Source of the DNA: a virus
Taxonomy: Duplodnaviria; Caudoviricetes
Direction: 5' to 3' (one strand)
DNA length: 64,000 bases
IMG/VR virus record: IMGVR_UViG_3300049009_000874
Span: 125,230-189,229 of that record
Shown here: one piece after another, positions 38,742 through 48,408 of the stretch
How positions within the stretch are numbered: position 1 is the first letter of the stretch
How the letters are laid out: every line of letters starts with the position of its first letter
Made by a program: the position numbers and the translations under genes
The notes under the pieces: generated by a model
What the model was told of the DNA's origin: nothing
The model's database searches: none
What the model saw: the letters and a program-made list of their open reading frames with translations, nothing else

Positions 38742-39899
38742 TTAAAAATTCAAGTTCAAGTCGCCTATACGGCTTTTCAAGTCATAGGTTGATCCGTCGA
38801 AATTGGATATTCCTCGTGACGAAAGTTCTTGTTTTATAGTCACCTCTCCGCCGATGTAACTTTGAACCATATCTTCGACGAACCCTGGCGCGATCTTTTC
38901 CGGGCTTTCAATGTTTGCGAGCATTCTTGGGTTGAAGGAAAATTCGATTGGAAATTTGTGGTCCCATCTCTGCCCAGTAGTGTCTGATCCGAATGCCAGC
39001 AGCTTGATTCCCTGATTGCTTATGTCTGTCAATACTGCAGGAATAATGTGCCTGCCCGATTGCAAGCCCGTGACCTTCCCGACTATCTTGGACTTGTCCG
39101 CCATAAGGTTTCGCAACTTTTCTTTTGCCATCTTGATCCTACCTATCCTGTCGTCATGCTCCTTCCCGAAATCCTTGTGGCTCTCGACATCTTTCAGCAG
39201 GTCCTTGCGGACGAACAGGTCGTTACCTTGGAATCCAGACTGATAATTGGTGTGAACGGGAACAAAGTTGCCTAGCGCCTTGAGGAACTTGTCGTACATT
39301 ATGTCCATGAAAGGATGCGCCCCATAGAACTTGAAACCCTTCACGTCCTCTATCTCCGTCAGCTTCTTGATCGCAGCCAACATCTTCGAGTAGACCTTGA
39401 CCGCGCCACCGCCGGAAGTGCCGGTCAGGGCGGTTCTCCCGTTCCTCGTGAAGATCACTTCCCAAACATCAATGTCATTTCCTTCAACGACACCCGAATG
39501 CCTTGAGAAGCTGACTTCGTAAACGTCCCTGTCGTCAACGGTGAACTTGTATTCGTACTCCATCGCCGGCTTGCCTTTTTGGTCTCGCTCCCACTCCTCC
39601 TCTTTCTCGTCCACGCACTGTCTTATCATATACTCACGCGCCTCATCACGCTTTCTCTCTTGTTCCTCCCGCTTCCGCTTCCGCAAGACATAAGAATCCT
39701 CTTCATCTTCATCTTCATCTTCATCCTCATCATCTTCTTCGTCCCAATCTATGTCTCCATCATTCATGTTTCGGGCGCATTCGCCATACGCCTCATCCTC
39801 GTCGAAGTCGTCTCCAATCCTCTTCAGCTCGACCCCCGAGCTGTCCAACTGCGACAACTTCGTAATCTCGTCGATCCTCAGCCACTCCATGAACCTCAT
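38742..39899 (-). CDS. Tandem array paralogue 8 (poly-acidic insert)
   Basis: MRFMEWLRIDEI; DEEDDEDEDEDEDEED tract; shared core. Confidence 0.9.
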   Translation of the reverse strand: MRFMEWLRIDEITKLSQLDSSGVELKRIGDDFDEDEAYGECARNMNDGDIDWDEEDDEDEDEDEDEEDSYVLRKRKREEQERKRDEAREYMIRQCVDEKEEEWERDQKGKPAMEYEYKFTVDDRDVYEVSFSRHSGVVEGNDIDVWEVIFTRNGRTALTGTSGGGAVKVYSKMLAAIKKLTEIEDVKGFKFYGAHPFMDIMYDKFLKALGNFVPVHTNYQSGFQGNDLFVRKDLLKDVESHKDFGKEHDDRIGRIKMAKEKLRNLMADKSKIVGKVTGLQSGRHIIPAVLTDISNQGIKLLAFGSDTTGQRWDHKFPIEFSFNPRMLANIESPEKIAPGFVEDMVQSYIGGEVTIKQELSSRGISNFDGSTYDLKSRIGDLNLNF

Positions 39900-40531
39900 G
39901 GCACCCCCCCGTCAAACCCTTCAGGTTCGCCTGTTGGGTTTTTCAACATGTCCTTGGCTTTCGCCATTGAAGCCCTCTTTTCCGCCCTCTGCTCATCCTT
40001 ATTAGCCTTGAGACTGGCTATCCACTTGTCGTTGATTTTCTCCATTTCCTCAGCCTTGTCCTTGAGACCGCCAGACAGCAGTTCGGTCCTCATGTATGTC
40101 TCGTTGCCGACCGGCTTGAAGCCTCCCAACATTTTTATGAACTTGTCGTACATTATGTCCATGGATCTCTCTTGCCCAGAGAAAGTAAGACCGTCCACCT
40201 TGTCGATCTCCGTAAGCTTCTTGATCGACCCCAACAACTTCGAGTACACCCCGACCGCCCCGCCTCCCGAAGTCCCCGTCAGACTCATTCCACGCTTGCC
40301 CTTGAAATAAATCGACCAAACGGAGAAGTCCTTGCCGCTCAAATTGTTTACCTTTCTAGATGCATCCGCGTCGAGGTACGCCTCGACACGGAAATCCTCG
40401 CCGTCATGCTTGAAGCTGAAATAGTGATAACTCCCGGGACCAGACCTGTCCAATACTATGTTGGAACTGTCTATCTTCGAAATGTCCGTCAGTTCGTCCA
40501 GCCTAAGCCACATATCGTAAAACGAAATCAT
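39896..40531 (-). CDS. Tandem array paralogue 7 (lacks C-terminal domain)
   Basis: MISFYDMWLRLDEL; core present; ends FDGGVP. Confidence 0.9.
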   Translation of the reverse strand: MISFYDMWLRLDELTDISKIDSSNIVLDRSGPGSYHYFSFKHDGEDFRVEAYLDADASRKVNNLSGKDFSVWSIYFKGKRGMSLTGTSGGGAVGVYSKLLGSIKKLTEIDKVDGLTFSGQERSMDIMYDKFIKMLGGFKPVGNETYMRTELLSGGLKDKAEEMEKINDKWIASLKANKDEQRAEKRASMAKAKDMLKNPTGEPEGFDGGVP

Positions 40532-40542
40532 GCCGTCTCCTT

Positions 40543-41550
40543 TTAAAAACCGAAATCGTAAGTGGAACCGTCGAAAGGGATGCCGAGACGAGAAAGTTCC
40601 GCGTTCAGCTTAGATCCCGGGGTCTTGAAGAAATTAACCATGTCCGTCACGTCCTTCGGAGCAAGAACTTTCGGGCTCTTGATCTGAGAGAGATCTTCCA
40701 GGTCGACGGTCTCCCACCGGTAGTAGCCCTCGGGAGACTTCGTGATCAGGCTTATCTCTCCCTGCTTGATGTCCCTCACGATCGCAGGAACGACCTTCCC
40801 TCCGTACTCGAAGGACGACAGACCAGTTACCTTGCCGATTATGGATTTCTTCGATGACACCAAATCCCTGAACTTGAGCTTCGATGACTTGAGGGTCTTT
40901 ATCCTGTCGTCATGCTCCTTGCCGGCGACATTCGTGACGTAGTCCGCGTGGACTGGCTCGAGATCCTTCACCAGCTCGTCCCTGATGTAGACGCCGCTGC
41001 CGACTGGCTTGAAGCCGCCGAACGTCTTGAGGAACCTGTCGTACATGATGTCCATGTACACGTGAGCCCCGGTGAACGTCAGACCGTCCACCTTCTCGGT
41101 GTCCAGCAGCTTCTTGACGGCGGACAGAACCTTTCCGTATATCGCCATCCCGCTGGAACCGGAAGTCCCGGTAAGGCTCATGGAATCGTTCTTCGAGAAG
41201 GATACGTCCCACACGTCCTCCCACGTCCTGCCGAACGCCGTGACCGGGCTTTTCTTCATCTCGACATCGAACCTGTCGAAGTCGTGCTCGAACTCGTAGG
41301 TGTATATGTCGGACTTCATAGACTCCCATTTCTTCTTCCTGCTGTTCACGCACAGGTTGATCTTCTTGTAGTCCTTGCTGTCGAGATGACCGCCGCCCTT
41401 GCTCATGAACACCTTCTCGGCGCACTCGTCTCTAGCCTCGACTTCGTCGAATTCCCTGCGGTGCGACTTGAGCTCCACGCCAGAGCTGTCTATCTGCGAC
41501 ACCTTCGTAAGCTCGTCGATCCTCAGCCACATGTCGTAAAAAGAAATCAT
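40543..41550 (-). CDS. Tandem array paralogue 6 (short basic insert)
   Basis: MISFYDMWLRIDEL; ends FDGSTYDFGF. Confidence 0.9.
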   Translation of the reverse strand: MISFYDMWLRIDELTKVSQIDSSGVELKSHRREFDEVEARDECAEKVFMSKGGGHLDSKDYKKINLCVNSRKKKWESMKSDIYTYEFEHDFDRFDVEMKKSPVTAFGRTWEDVWDVSFSKNDSMSLTGTSGSSGMAIYGKVLSAVKKLLDTEKVDGLTFTGAHVYMDIMYDRFLKTFGGFKPVGSGVYIRDELVKDLEPVHADYVTNVAGKEHDDRIKTLKSSKLKFRDLVSSKKSIIGKVTGLSSFEYGGKVVPAIVRDIKQGEISLITKSPEGYYRWETVDLEDLSQIKSPKVLAPKDVTDMVNFFKTPGSKLNAELSRLGIPFDGSTYDFGF

Positions 41551-42392
41551 GCCGTCTCCTTTTTGAAACCGAAATCGTATGTTGACCCGTCGACCTTCAA
41601 GCCTAACGTCTTCAAATATTTACTCAGATCAGAATCGTCTTTCTGGATTTCGCCCATGAGCGACGAGATGAGGCTCTGGTCGATAGAACTCGGGCTCGTG
41701 GAATATTCCAATTCACCCGAGTCAATGTATTTCTTGCTGAAACCGTGCCCGTCCCAAACGAGCAAGGTCAAACCGAATGAATTGATGCCCCAGATGATGG
41801 CTGGCAACACCTTCCCGGAATCGCTGTCGCTGTAACCAGTTATCTTCCCGGTCAAGCCCTTGTTCCTAGACGCGGCTTTCGCGACCTTCAGGTTGTGCAA
41901 TTTTCTTTCCCTCCTTTCGCCGACACCCTTGTATTGTTTCAAATCCTCCTCGGAAGCGTTAGCCTTGATCACTTCGTCTTTAAGGTAGACGTTGCCGCCG
42001 ACTGGCGTAAAACCTCCCAATGTCTTCAAAAACTTGTCGTACATGATGTCCTGCCTAGAATCAAACCCGGAGAAATACAGACCGTTGACCTCCTCGATCT
42101 CCGTCAGTTTCTTGATCGCAGCCAGTATCTTCCCGTACACGGCGGTTCCGCCGCTTCCGGAATCCCCGGTGAGTTCGTAGCTGTTGTTTTTCGAGAACAT
42201 AACGCTCCATATCCCGTCCACCATCTTGTCGCCGACCTGCTTCGCGGAATAGGGGCTAAGCGACACACTGATCTGGTCGAACTCGTAGCTGTATCCCCTC
42301 GGCCAGTCTCTTTTCTTCAGTTCCACCCCGGAACTGTCTATCTGCGACATGCTCGACAGTTCATCGATCCTCAGCCATTCTATAAATCTCAT
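41547..42392 (-). CDS. Tandem array paralogue 5
   Basis: MRFIEWLRIDEL; ends DGSTYDFGFKKETA. Confidence 0.9.
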   Translation of the reverse strand: MRFIEWLRIDELSSMSQIDSSGVELKKRDWPRGYSYEFDQISVSLSPYSAKQVGDKMVDGIWSVMFSKNNSYELTGDSGSGGTAVYGKILAAIKKLTEIEEVNGLYFSGFDSRQDIMYDKFLKTLGGFTPVGGNVYLKDEVIKANASEEDLKQYKGVGERRERKLHNLKVAKAASRNKGLTGKITGYSDSDSGKVLPAIIWGINSFGLTLLVWDGHGFSKKYIDSGELEYSTSPSSIDQSLISSLMGEIQKDDSDLSKYLKTLGLKVDGSTYDFGFKKETA

Positions 42393-43240
42393 GCCGTCTC
42401 CTTTTTGAAACCGAAATCGTATGTTGACCCGTCGACCTTCAAGCCTAACGTCTTCAACATGCGACTCAGATCAGAATCGTCTTTCTGGATTTCACCCATG
42501 AGCGACGAGATGAGGCTCGGGTCGATCAAACTGGGGCTCGTGATAACATATTCCAATTCATCCGAATCAATGTTTTTCTTGCTGACGCCGCTACCGTCCC
42601 AAACGAGCAAAGCCAAAGCGGATGAATTGATGTTCAATATGATGGCTGGGGCATTCTGAATGGGTGAGTTGCTGTAACCCGTTATCTTCCCGATCAAGCC
42701 CTTGTTCCTCGACGCGGCTTTCGCGACCTTCAGGTTGTATATTTGATTGTCCCTCTTTTCGCCGGCTTTCTTGTAGAGTTCCAAGTCCTCTCCCGAAGCG
42801 TTAGCCTTTATGTACTCGTCCTTCAAGTAGATGTTGCTGCCTACCGGCGTGAAACCTCCCAACGCCTTCAGGAACCTGTCGTACATGATGTCCTGCCTAG
42901 AATCAAAACCGGAGAACTTCAGACCGTTCACCTCCTCGACCTCCATCAGTTTCTTGACCGCAGCCAGAACCTTGCCGTACACGGCAGTGCCGCCGCTGCC
43001 GGAAGCCCCGGTGAGCGCGTAGCTGGTGCCCCTCTTGAAACTCACTCCCCATATCCCGTCCACCACCATCTTGTCTCCGACCTTCCTGCTCGGAACACGA
43101 TAAAGCATCACGGTGAAATCGTCGAACTTGTACTCGTATGATCCGCCGAAGACCTTCTCGAGCTCCACCACGGAACTGTCCACCTGAGACATGCTCGACA
43201 GTTCGTCCAGCCTAAGCCACATGTCGTAAAAAGAAATCAT
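42389..43240 (-). CDS. Tandem array paralogue 4
   Basis: MISFYDMWLRLDEL; ends DGSTYDFGFKKETA. Confidence 0.9.
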   Translation of the reverse strand: MISFYDMWLRLDELSSMSQVDSSVVELEKVFGGSYEYKFDDFTVMLYRVPSRKVGDKMVVDGIWGVSFKRGTSYALTGASGSGGTAVYGKVLAAVKKLMEVEEVNGLKFSGFDSRQDIMYDRFLKALGGFTPVGSNIYLKDEYIKANASGEDLELYKKAGEKRDNQIYNLKVAKAASRNKGLIGKITGYSNSPIQNAPAIILNINSSALALLVWDGSGVSKKNIDSDELEYVITSPSLIDPSLISSLMGEIQKDDSDLSRMLKTLGLKVDGSTYDFGFKKETA

Positions 43241-44085
43241 GCCGTCTCCTTTTTGAAACCGAAATCGTAAGTTGACCCGTCGACGCTCAAGCCTGACGTC
43301 TTCAATTTTTCGCTCAAACTGGAATCGTCTTTCTGGATTTCGACCATGAGCGACGACATGATACTCTGGTCGATCATGCTGGGGCTCACAAAATTTCCCA
43401 AGTCATAGGATGGCACTGTTACAATTTCTGCCCTTGCCCCGTCCCAGACTATAGTTTTAACATATATCGACACATCTATGCGCAATATGATGGCTGGCAA
43501 TATCATCCCAGAATCGCTATCGCTGTAACCAGTTATCTTCCCGATCAAGCCCTTGTTCCTCGACGCGACTTTCGCGACCTTCATGTTGTATATGCCGTTC
43601 TCCCTCTTTTCGCTGACTCCCTTGTAGTACTCCAAGTCTTCTCCCGAAGCGTTAGCTTTGATCACCTCGTCCCTCATGTAAATGTCGTTGCCTACATGCG
43701 TGAATCCTCCCAGAGTCTTCAGGAACTTGTCGTACATGATGTCCTGCCTAGGATCAGCCCCGATAAACTTGAGACCGTTGACATCCTCGACCTCCGTCAG
43801 TTTTTTGACCGCGCCTAGTATCTTGCCGTACACGGCGGTGCCGCCGCTGCCAGAAGTGCCGGTGAGCGCGTAACTTTTGCCCCGCGTGAAATCTACTGAC
43901 CATATGCCGTCAACCATCTTGCCGCCGACCTTCTTCCCGTGCCAGTGATCGAGACTGACGACGAAATCGTCGAACTTGTACTCGTATCCTTCCTCAGATT
44001 TCTCCAATTCCACGCCCGAACTGTCCACCTGAGACATGCTCGACAGCTCGTCGATCCTCAGCCACATGTCGTAAAATGAAATCAT
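43237..44085 (-). CDS. Tandem array paralogue 3
   Basis: MISFYDMWLRIDEL; ends DGSTYDFGFKKETA. Confidence 0.9.
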   Translation of the reverse strand: MISFYDMWLRIDELSSMSQVDSSGVELEKSEEGYEYKFDDFVVSLDHWHGKKVGGKMVDGIWSVDFTRGKSYALTGTSGSGGTAVYGKILGAVKKLTEVEDVNGLKFIGADPRQDIMYDKFLKTLGGFTHVGNDIYMRDEVIKANASGEDLEYYKGVSEKRENGIYNMKVAKVASRNKGLIGKITGYSDSDSGMILPAIILRIDVSIYVKTIVWDGARAEIVTVPSYDLGNFVSPSMIDQSIMSSLMVEIQKDDSSLSEKLKTSGLSVDGSTYDFGFKKETA

Positions 44086-44942
44086 GCCGTCTCCTTTTTG
44101 AAACCGAAATCGTGAGTGGAACCGTCGACATCCGGCAGATCGGCATCTTTCCAGGCTTGATCACCGGATTTGGCGAAATCCATGAGCGAAGAAAGCAAAA
44201 TGGGATTGATCAGGCTTGGGCTTACGACATTTCGTAATTCATCCGAGGGATTGTACAAGGAAGAATACACGTCTTGACGCAAAAGCCTTGCCCCGTCCCA
44301 GACCATAAACTTAAAATGGAGCGACGCGTCTATGCCAACTATGATCGCAGGCAATACATTGCCATAAGAATCACTGTCGCTATAACCCGTTATCTTCCCG
44401 ATCAAGCCCTTGTTCCTCGACGCGGCTTTGGCGACCTTAAGGTTGTATATTTGATTGTCCCTCTTTTCGCCTGCTCCCTTGTAGTATTCCAAGTCATTTC
44501 CCGATGCGTTAGCCTTGACTATCTCGTCCCTGATATAGACGTTGCCGCCTACCGGCGTGAAGCCGCCCAACGCCTTGAGGAACTTGTCGTACATTATGTC
44601 CTGCCTAGCCTCAGCCCCGGAGAAAGACAGACCGTTGACCTTCTCGACCTCCATCAGCTTCTTGACCGCAGCCAGAACCTTCCCATATACAGCAGTTCCG
44701 TCGCTGCCGGATTTCCCGGTCAAAGTCCATCTCCCGTCTCGCATGAAATCGACTATCCATATGCCGTCCACCATCTTGTCGCCTACCTTCTTGCCGAAAT
44801 CACGATTGAGACTGACGAGGAAATCGTCGAATCTGTACCTGTAATTGTTCCCCGACTTCTGCAGCTCGACCCCCGAACTGTCTATCTGCGACATGCTCGT
44901 GAGCTCGTCGATCCTCAGCCACTCGTTGAATTTCATGTTCAT
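44082..44942 (-). CDS. Tandem array paralogue 2
   Basis: MNMKFNEWLRIDEL; ends DGSTHDFGFKKETA. Confidence 0.9.
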   Translation of the reverse strand: MNMKFNEWLRIDELTSMSQIDSSGVELQKSGNNYRYRFDDFLVSLNRDFGKKVGDKMVDGIWIVDFMRDGRWTLTGKSGSDGTAVYGKVLAAVKKLMEVEKVNGLSFSGAEARQDIMYDKFLKALGGFTPVGGNVYIRDEIVKANASGNDLEYYKGAGEKRDNQIYNLKVAKAASRNKGLIGKITGYSDSDSYGNVLPAIIVGIDASLHFKFMVWDGARLLRQDVYSSLYNPSDELRNVVSPSLINPILLSSLMDFAKSGDQAWKDADLPDVDGSTHDFGFKKETA

Positions 44943-44948
44943 TCCTTT

Positions 44949-45956
44949 TTAATGTAGATCGACAAAAGTCGGAGCCTTTTCTAAACCTAGGTCGTATGTA
45001 GATCCATCGAATCTAGCTGGAAGCATAATGTCGTTGATGGAAGTAGAGGAGTCTTCCGGAGAAATTGACTGTATTGTCCCAGGCAGATTTGGGCGACCAT
45101 ATAATCTACGGCTCGTTGACTTTTTGATTATTTCCATCATGTCTCTCATCGTGCTTGCGTCGATCTTTCTCGGACTCACAATCAAGTCTTTGTAAGTTCC
45201 GGATGGGTCGTATAGATCGTTTACTATGCTTAAGTTTAATTTCATGATTTCTGTAGGACTAAAATATACTATAAGTGTGAATTTTTCATCATCGATGTCC
45301 ACTACTATCGCGGGATGAACTATGTTGGATTTTCCATCTGGATTATAACCTACCACCTTTCCGATAATCGCATTTTTGTTCGATAGCGCGTTTCTGAATG
45401 CAATCTTCATCCTCTTAATTTCCTTGATTCTTTTGTTGTGGACTATCAAATTCAAATCAACGTCATCTGATGTCGACCCATCGACATCAGATGACTTCTC
45501 TCTATCCAGTATTTCTTTTTTCACGAACACAGACTGTCCAACCGGCACGAAGCCGAACGCCTTTGCGAATCTGTCGTACATGATATCCATGTTAGGATGT
45601 GCCCCAGCGAACAACAGACCGCCCACATCCTCGATTTCCGTCAATTTCTTGATCGCAGCCATAAGCTTGCCGTACACTGCCGTGCCGCCGCTGCCAGAAT
45701 CGCCAGTAAGACGGGTGCTCCCATTTTTCTTGAATATTATCTCCCATATTTTTTTGTACAAGATCTTCCCTACCAGTCGAGGACCAACATCTCGCATAAT
45801 CACTTCAAATGGGCGACCGCCTCTGCCTTCGACGTCGGAAGGGTCAGCGAAGAAATAACCATAATTGTTCCCCGACTTCAGCAGCTCGACCCCAGAACTG
45901 TCTATCTGCGACATGCTCGTGAGCTCGTCGATCCTCAGCCACTCTATGAATTTCAT
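44949..45956 (-). CDS. Tandem array paralogue 1
   Basis: MKFIEWLRIDEL; GGGGG RBS; FDGSTYDLG near the end. Confidence 0.9.
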   Translation of the reverse strand: MKFIEWLRIDELTSMSQIDSSGVELLKSGNNYGYFFADPSDVEGRGGRPFEVIMRDVGPRLVGKILYKKIWEIIFKKNGSTRLTGDSGSGGTAVYGKLMAAIKKLTEIEDVGGLLFAGAHPNMDIMYDRFAKAFGFVPVGQSVFVKKEILDREKSSDVDGSTSDDVDLNLIVHNKRIKEIKRMKIAFRNALSNKNAIIGKVVGYNPDGKSNIVHPAIVVDIDDEKFTLIVYFSPTEIMKLNLSIVNDLYDPSGTYKDLIVSPRKIDASTMRDMMEIIKKSTSRRLYGRPNLPGTIQSISPEDSSTSINDIMLPARFDGSTYDLGLEKAPTFVDLH

Positions 45957-45981
45957 GAAACCCCCGTTAAATCACATGAAC

Positions 45982-45989
45982 TATATATC
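45982..45989 (-). promoter_or_regulatory. Putative late-type promoter (GATATATA) driving the paralogue array
   Basis: Matches the recurrent intergenic TAnATA motif and lies upstream of the first array gene. Confidence 0.45.
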
Positions 45990-46052
45990 TTGCAAATCGC
46001 CGATAAATCCGAACATACCGATAAAAAACGAGGCTCTTTCCTATATTAATGA

Positions 46053-46748
46053 ATGCTGAAACACTCGAGTATGTCCGGCGTCTCCTCCAAGTCGACCTTC
46101 ACCATAAGGTCGGGCGAATCTGGCAGACAAACCAGGAAAATCAAGTTCGGCGTCATCGCAGTCGACTACGAGCGCCACGTCCCTAGGAACGGAGCGAAAG
46201 AAGGTCTCCTCTCCGTCCTCAAGCAGACCCACGGGAACTACCAGGTGTTCCTGTGCCACGACGGTCCCAAGGAGACTCCCTACGAGAAGGAATTCGACCT
46301 CAAGCCGTTCGGAGACAGGATCACGACCCTCCAGACCGACAGGAGAAGGGCGGACTGGGGGCACTCCTCCAGGGACTTCGCCATGAGGCACGCCCACAAG
46401 CACTCCGACTGCGACTACTACATCCAGTTCAACGTCGACAACCTGTTCCTCCCCTTCGCCTTCGAGGCTATCAACCACGAAATAAACGAGTCCAATTCCG
46501 GCGTCGTCATATTCTCCGTCGAACACAACAAGCTCAAAAAGGGATTCGGACACCCCAAGAAGTTCTCCGGCGTACCCCCGCACAAGTTCAACATCGACTG
46601 CATGCAGCTTGTGGCTCACAAGGAGATATGGAACAGGTACGGGTTCTGGTACGACAGGCACGAGCAGTCGGACGGAGCCATATACCAGAGGATTTGCGCG
46701 GAGAACGACTGGACGAACATCGACGACGTCCTCGGCGTCAACCGGTGA
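46053..46748 (+). CDS. GT2-family glycosyltransferase
   Basis: SVLKQTHGNY..LCHDG, DWGHSSR, QFNVDN and IDCMQLV. Confidence 0.8.
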   Translation: MLKHSSMSGVSSKSTFTIRSGESGRQTRKIKFGVIAVDYERHVPRNGAKEGLLSVLKQTHGNYQVFLCHDGPKETPYEKEFDLKPFGDRITTLQTDRRRADWGHSSRDFAMRHAHKHSDCDYYIQFNVDNLFLPFAFEAINHEINESNSGVVIFSVEHNKLKKGFGHPKKFSGVPPHKFNIDCMQLVAHKEIWNRYGFWYDRHEQSDGAIYQRICAENDWTNIDDVLGVNR

Positions 46749-46798
46749 GAAAAAAGGGCTAGGAAGGATATATAAAGCAACACAGTCAAGGAGGACAC

Positions 46799-47593
46799 AT
46801 GGGGCAAAGGACAGCCGTAGTCTGCATCGCCAGGAACGAGGACAGGACCGTAAGGGAATGGATCGACTACCACCTCAAGCTAGGGTTCGACAGGATATTC
46901 ATGTACCAGAACGACTGGACCTGCGAAGTCGAGCACGAACGACTCACTAAATTAAGATTCGACGGACGGGCAGTCCAAGTCCAATCCTACAACCACTGGC
47001 TTGGCTCGGAACACCGCAAAGACTTCGACCACGCGGCGTTCATCGACTGCGACGAGTTCATCGTCCTCCACAAGCACAAGACCATATCCGACTTCCTCTC
47101 CGAGTTCGACCACCCGGTCGGCGTGTCCCCGAACTGGGTCGTGTTCAGCGGCGGCGGGCAGGAATCACCGTACCCGAACCCCGAGAGCCTAATCAAGAGG
47201 TTCACCTTCAGGGGAGAAAAACCCGACAAGCACGTCAAGACCATACTCAACCTGAGAAGCGACGCAGTCATGCATACGCCTCATTCCCCGAACAGACCGA
47301 CCACCGACACCAGGCGCAACCATATCCAAGGTCCGTTCAACCCGGACGGTCCGACCGACGTCATACAGCTGAACCACTACTACTTCAAGTCCAAGCTGGA
47401 GTGGTCCGAACGAGTCGCCAGAGGAAAAATATCAATGCACGGCACACGCCCTGTGGAGGAATGGGACCAAAAATCCCCCAATCTCCACGACGTCCAGGAC
47501 TTTGCAGCCCTAGAATTCCTCTACGGCGACCAGAAGGCAGGATGCACAAGATCCTCTGAGAAAACAGGCGCGGAAACGATACATAAAACATGA
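46799..47593 (+). CDS. GT92/GT2-like glycosyltransferase
   Basis: CIARNE..EWIDYHLKLGFD, FIDCDEFI, HVKTI and QLNHYY.KS. Confidence 0.88.
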   Translation: MGQRTAVVCIARNEDRTVREWIDYHLKLGFDRIFMYQNDWTCEVEHERLTKLRFDGRAVQVQSYNHWLGSEHRKDFDHAAFIDCDEFIVLHKHKTISDFLSEFDHPVGVSPNWVVFSGGGQESPYPNPESLIKRFTFRGEKPDKHVKTILNLRSDAVMHTPHSPNRPTTDTRRNHIQGPFNPDGPTDVIQLNHYYFKSKLEWSERVARGKISMHGTRPVEEWDQKSPNLHDVQDFAALEFLYGDQKAGCTRSSEKTGAETIHKT

Positions 47594-47594
47594 G
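47545..47594. repeat. 50-bp direct repeat, copy A (copy B at 48364-48413), containing a putative promoter and ATG
   Basis: cacaagNtcctctgaNaaaacaggcgcggaaacNataNataaaacatgag, four mismatches. Confidence 0.88.
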
Positions 47595-48378
47595 CGAGAA
47601 AAACAAGAAGGTCCCGGTCATCAGGATATCAACGGAATATGGGGAGATGCTGGTCTTGGACAAAGACACTTACCAGTCCGATTCGCTCAAGAACTCCGGG
47701 AAAGCCTGCTCCTGGGGAGAGGTGGATTTGCTCAGGGACATCGTTCGTGAGATAGACAAACCAGTATTCTTCGACGTCGGGGCGAACCTCGGATCGTTCA
47801 CCATGGGTCTTGCGAAAACCATCAAGGAAAATGGCGGTCTCATCTACGCATTCGAGCCACAGAGGGTAGTGTTCAACTGCCTTTGCGGGAGCGTGATCAT
47901 GAACGGGTACGACAACATATTCGTCGACCACAACGCCATGGGCGACGGCAAACAGGAATTCATAGAGACACCCCGGTTCGACTACTCCGAGACATGCAGC
48001 TTCGGGTCCGTAGAGTTCGGCGACAGGCAGAACGAGAGACTCCACCAGGAAAGGAGGGAAGACGGTCAAAAAGACTTCGTCAAGATCGTAACCCTCGACT
48101 CGTTCATCGACAAGGTGGAAAAGGTCGACTTGATAAAGATAGATGTCGAGGGCATGGAGGAAAGCGTCTTGGATGGAGCCAAAGCCATGATAGGGAAACA
48201 CAAGCCAGTCCTGTTCATAGAGCACCTGAAGAGCGACAAGTCGAAAATGAGGAAAACCATAGAGGACCTCGGCTACGACGACATAATAGAAGTCGGGTTA
48301 AACTTCCTCTGCAGGCAGTCGAACCGGGTCGCCACGACAAACCCCCGTCTCCCCGACCGCAACCACAAGCTCCTCTGA
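47590..48378 (+). CDS. FkbM-family methyltransferase
   Basis: FDVGANLG, YAFEPQ and LIKIDVEGME..VL.GA. Confidence 0.92.
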   Translation: MSEKNKKVPVIRISTEYGEMLVLDKDTYQSDSLKNSGKACSWGEVDLLRDIVREIDKPVFFDVGANLGSFTMGLAKTIKENGGLIYAFEPQRVVFNCLCGSVIMNGYDNIFVDHNAMGDGKQEFIETPRFDYSETCSFGSVEFGDRQNERLHQERREDGQKDFVKIVTLDSFIDKVEKVDLIKIDVEGMEESVLDGAKAMIGKHKPVLFIEHLKSDKSKMRKTIEDLGYDDIIEVGLNFLCRQSNRVATTNPRLPDRNHKLL

Positions 48379-48408
48379 AAAAACAGGCGCGGAAACCATA
48401 GATAAAAC

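Noticed and set aside
37451-45956. Diversity-generating retroelement as the source of array variation
   Set aside because: No reverse transcriptase is in the window, and differences between copies are not adenine-specific; they include indels and domain loss.
37451-45956. Integron cassette array or shufflon
   Set aside because: No integrase or invertase, no palindromic attC-like sites, all genes co-oriented, and junctions are coding or only a few bases long.
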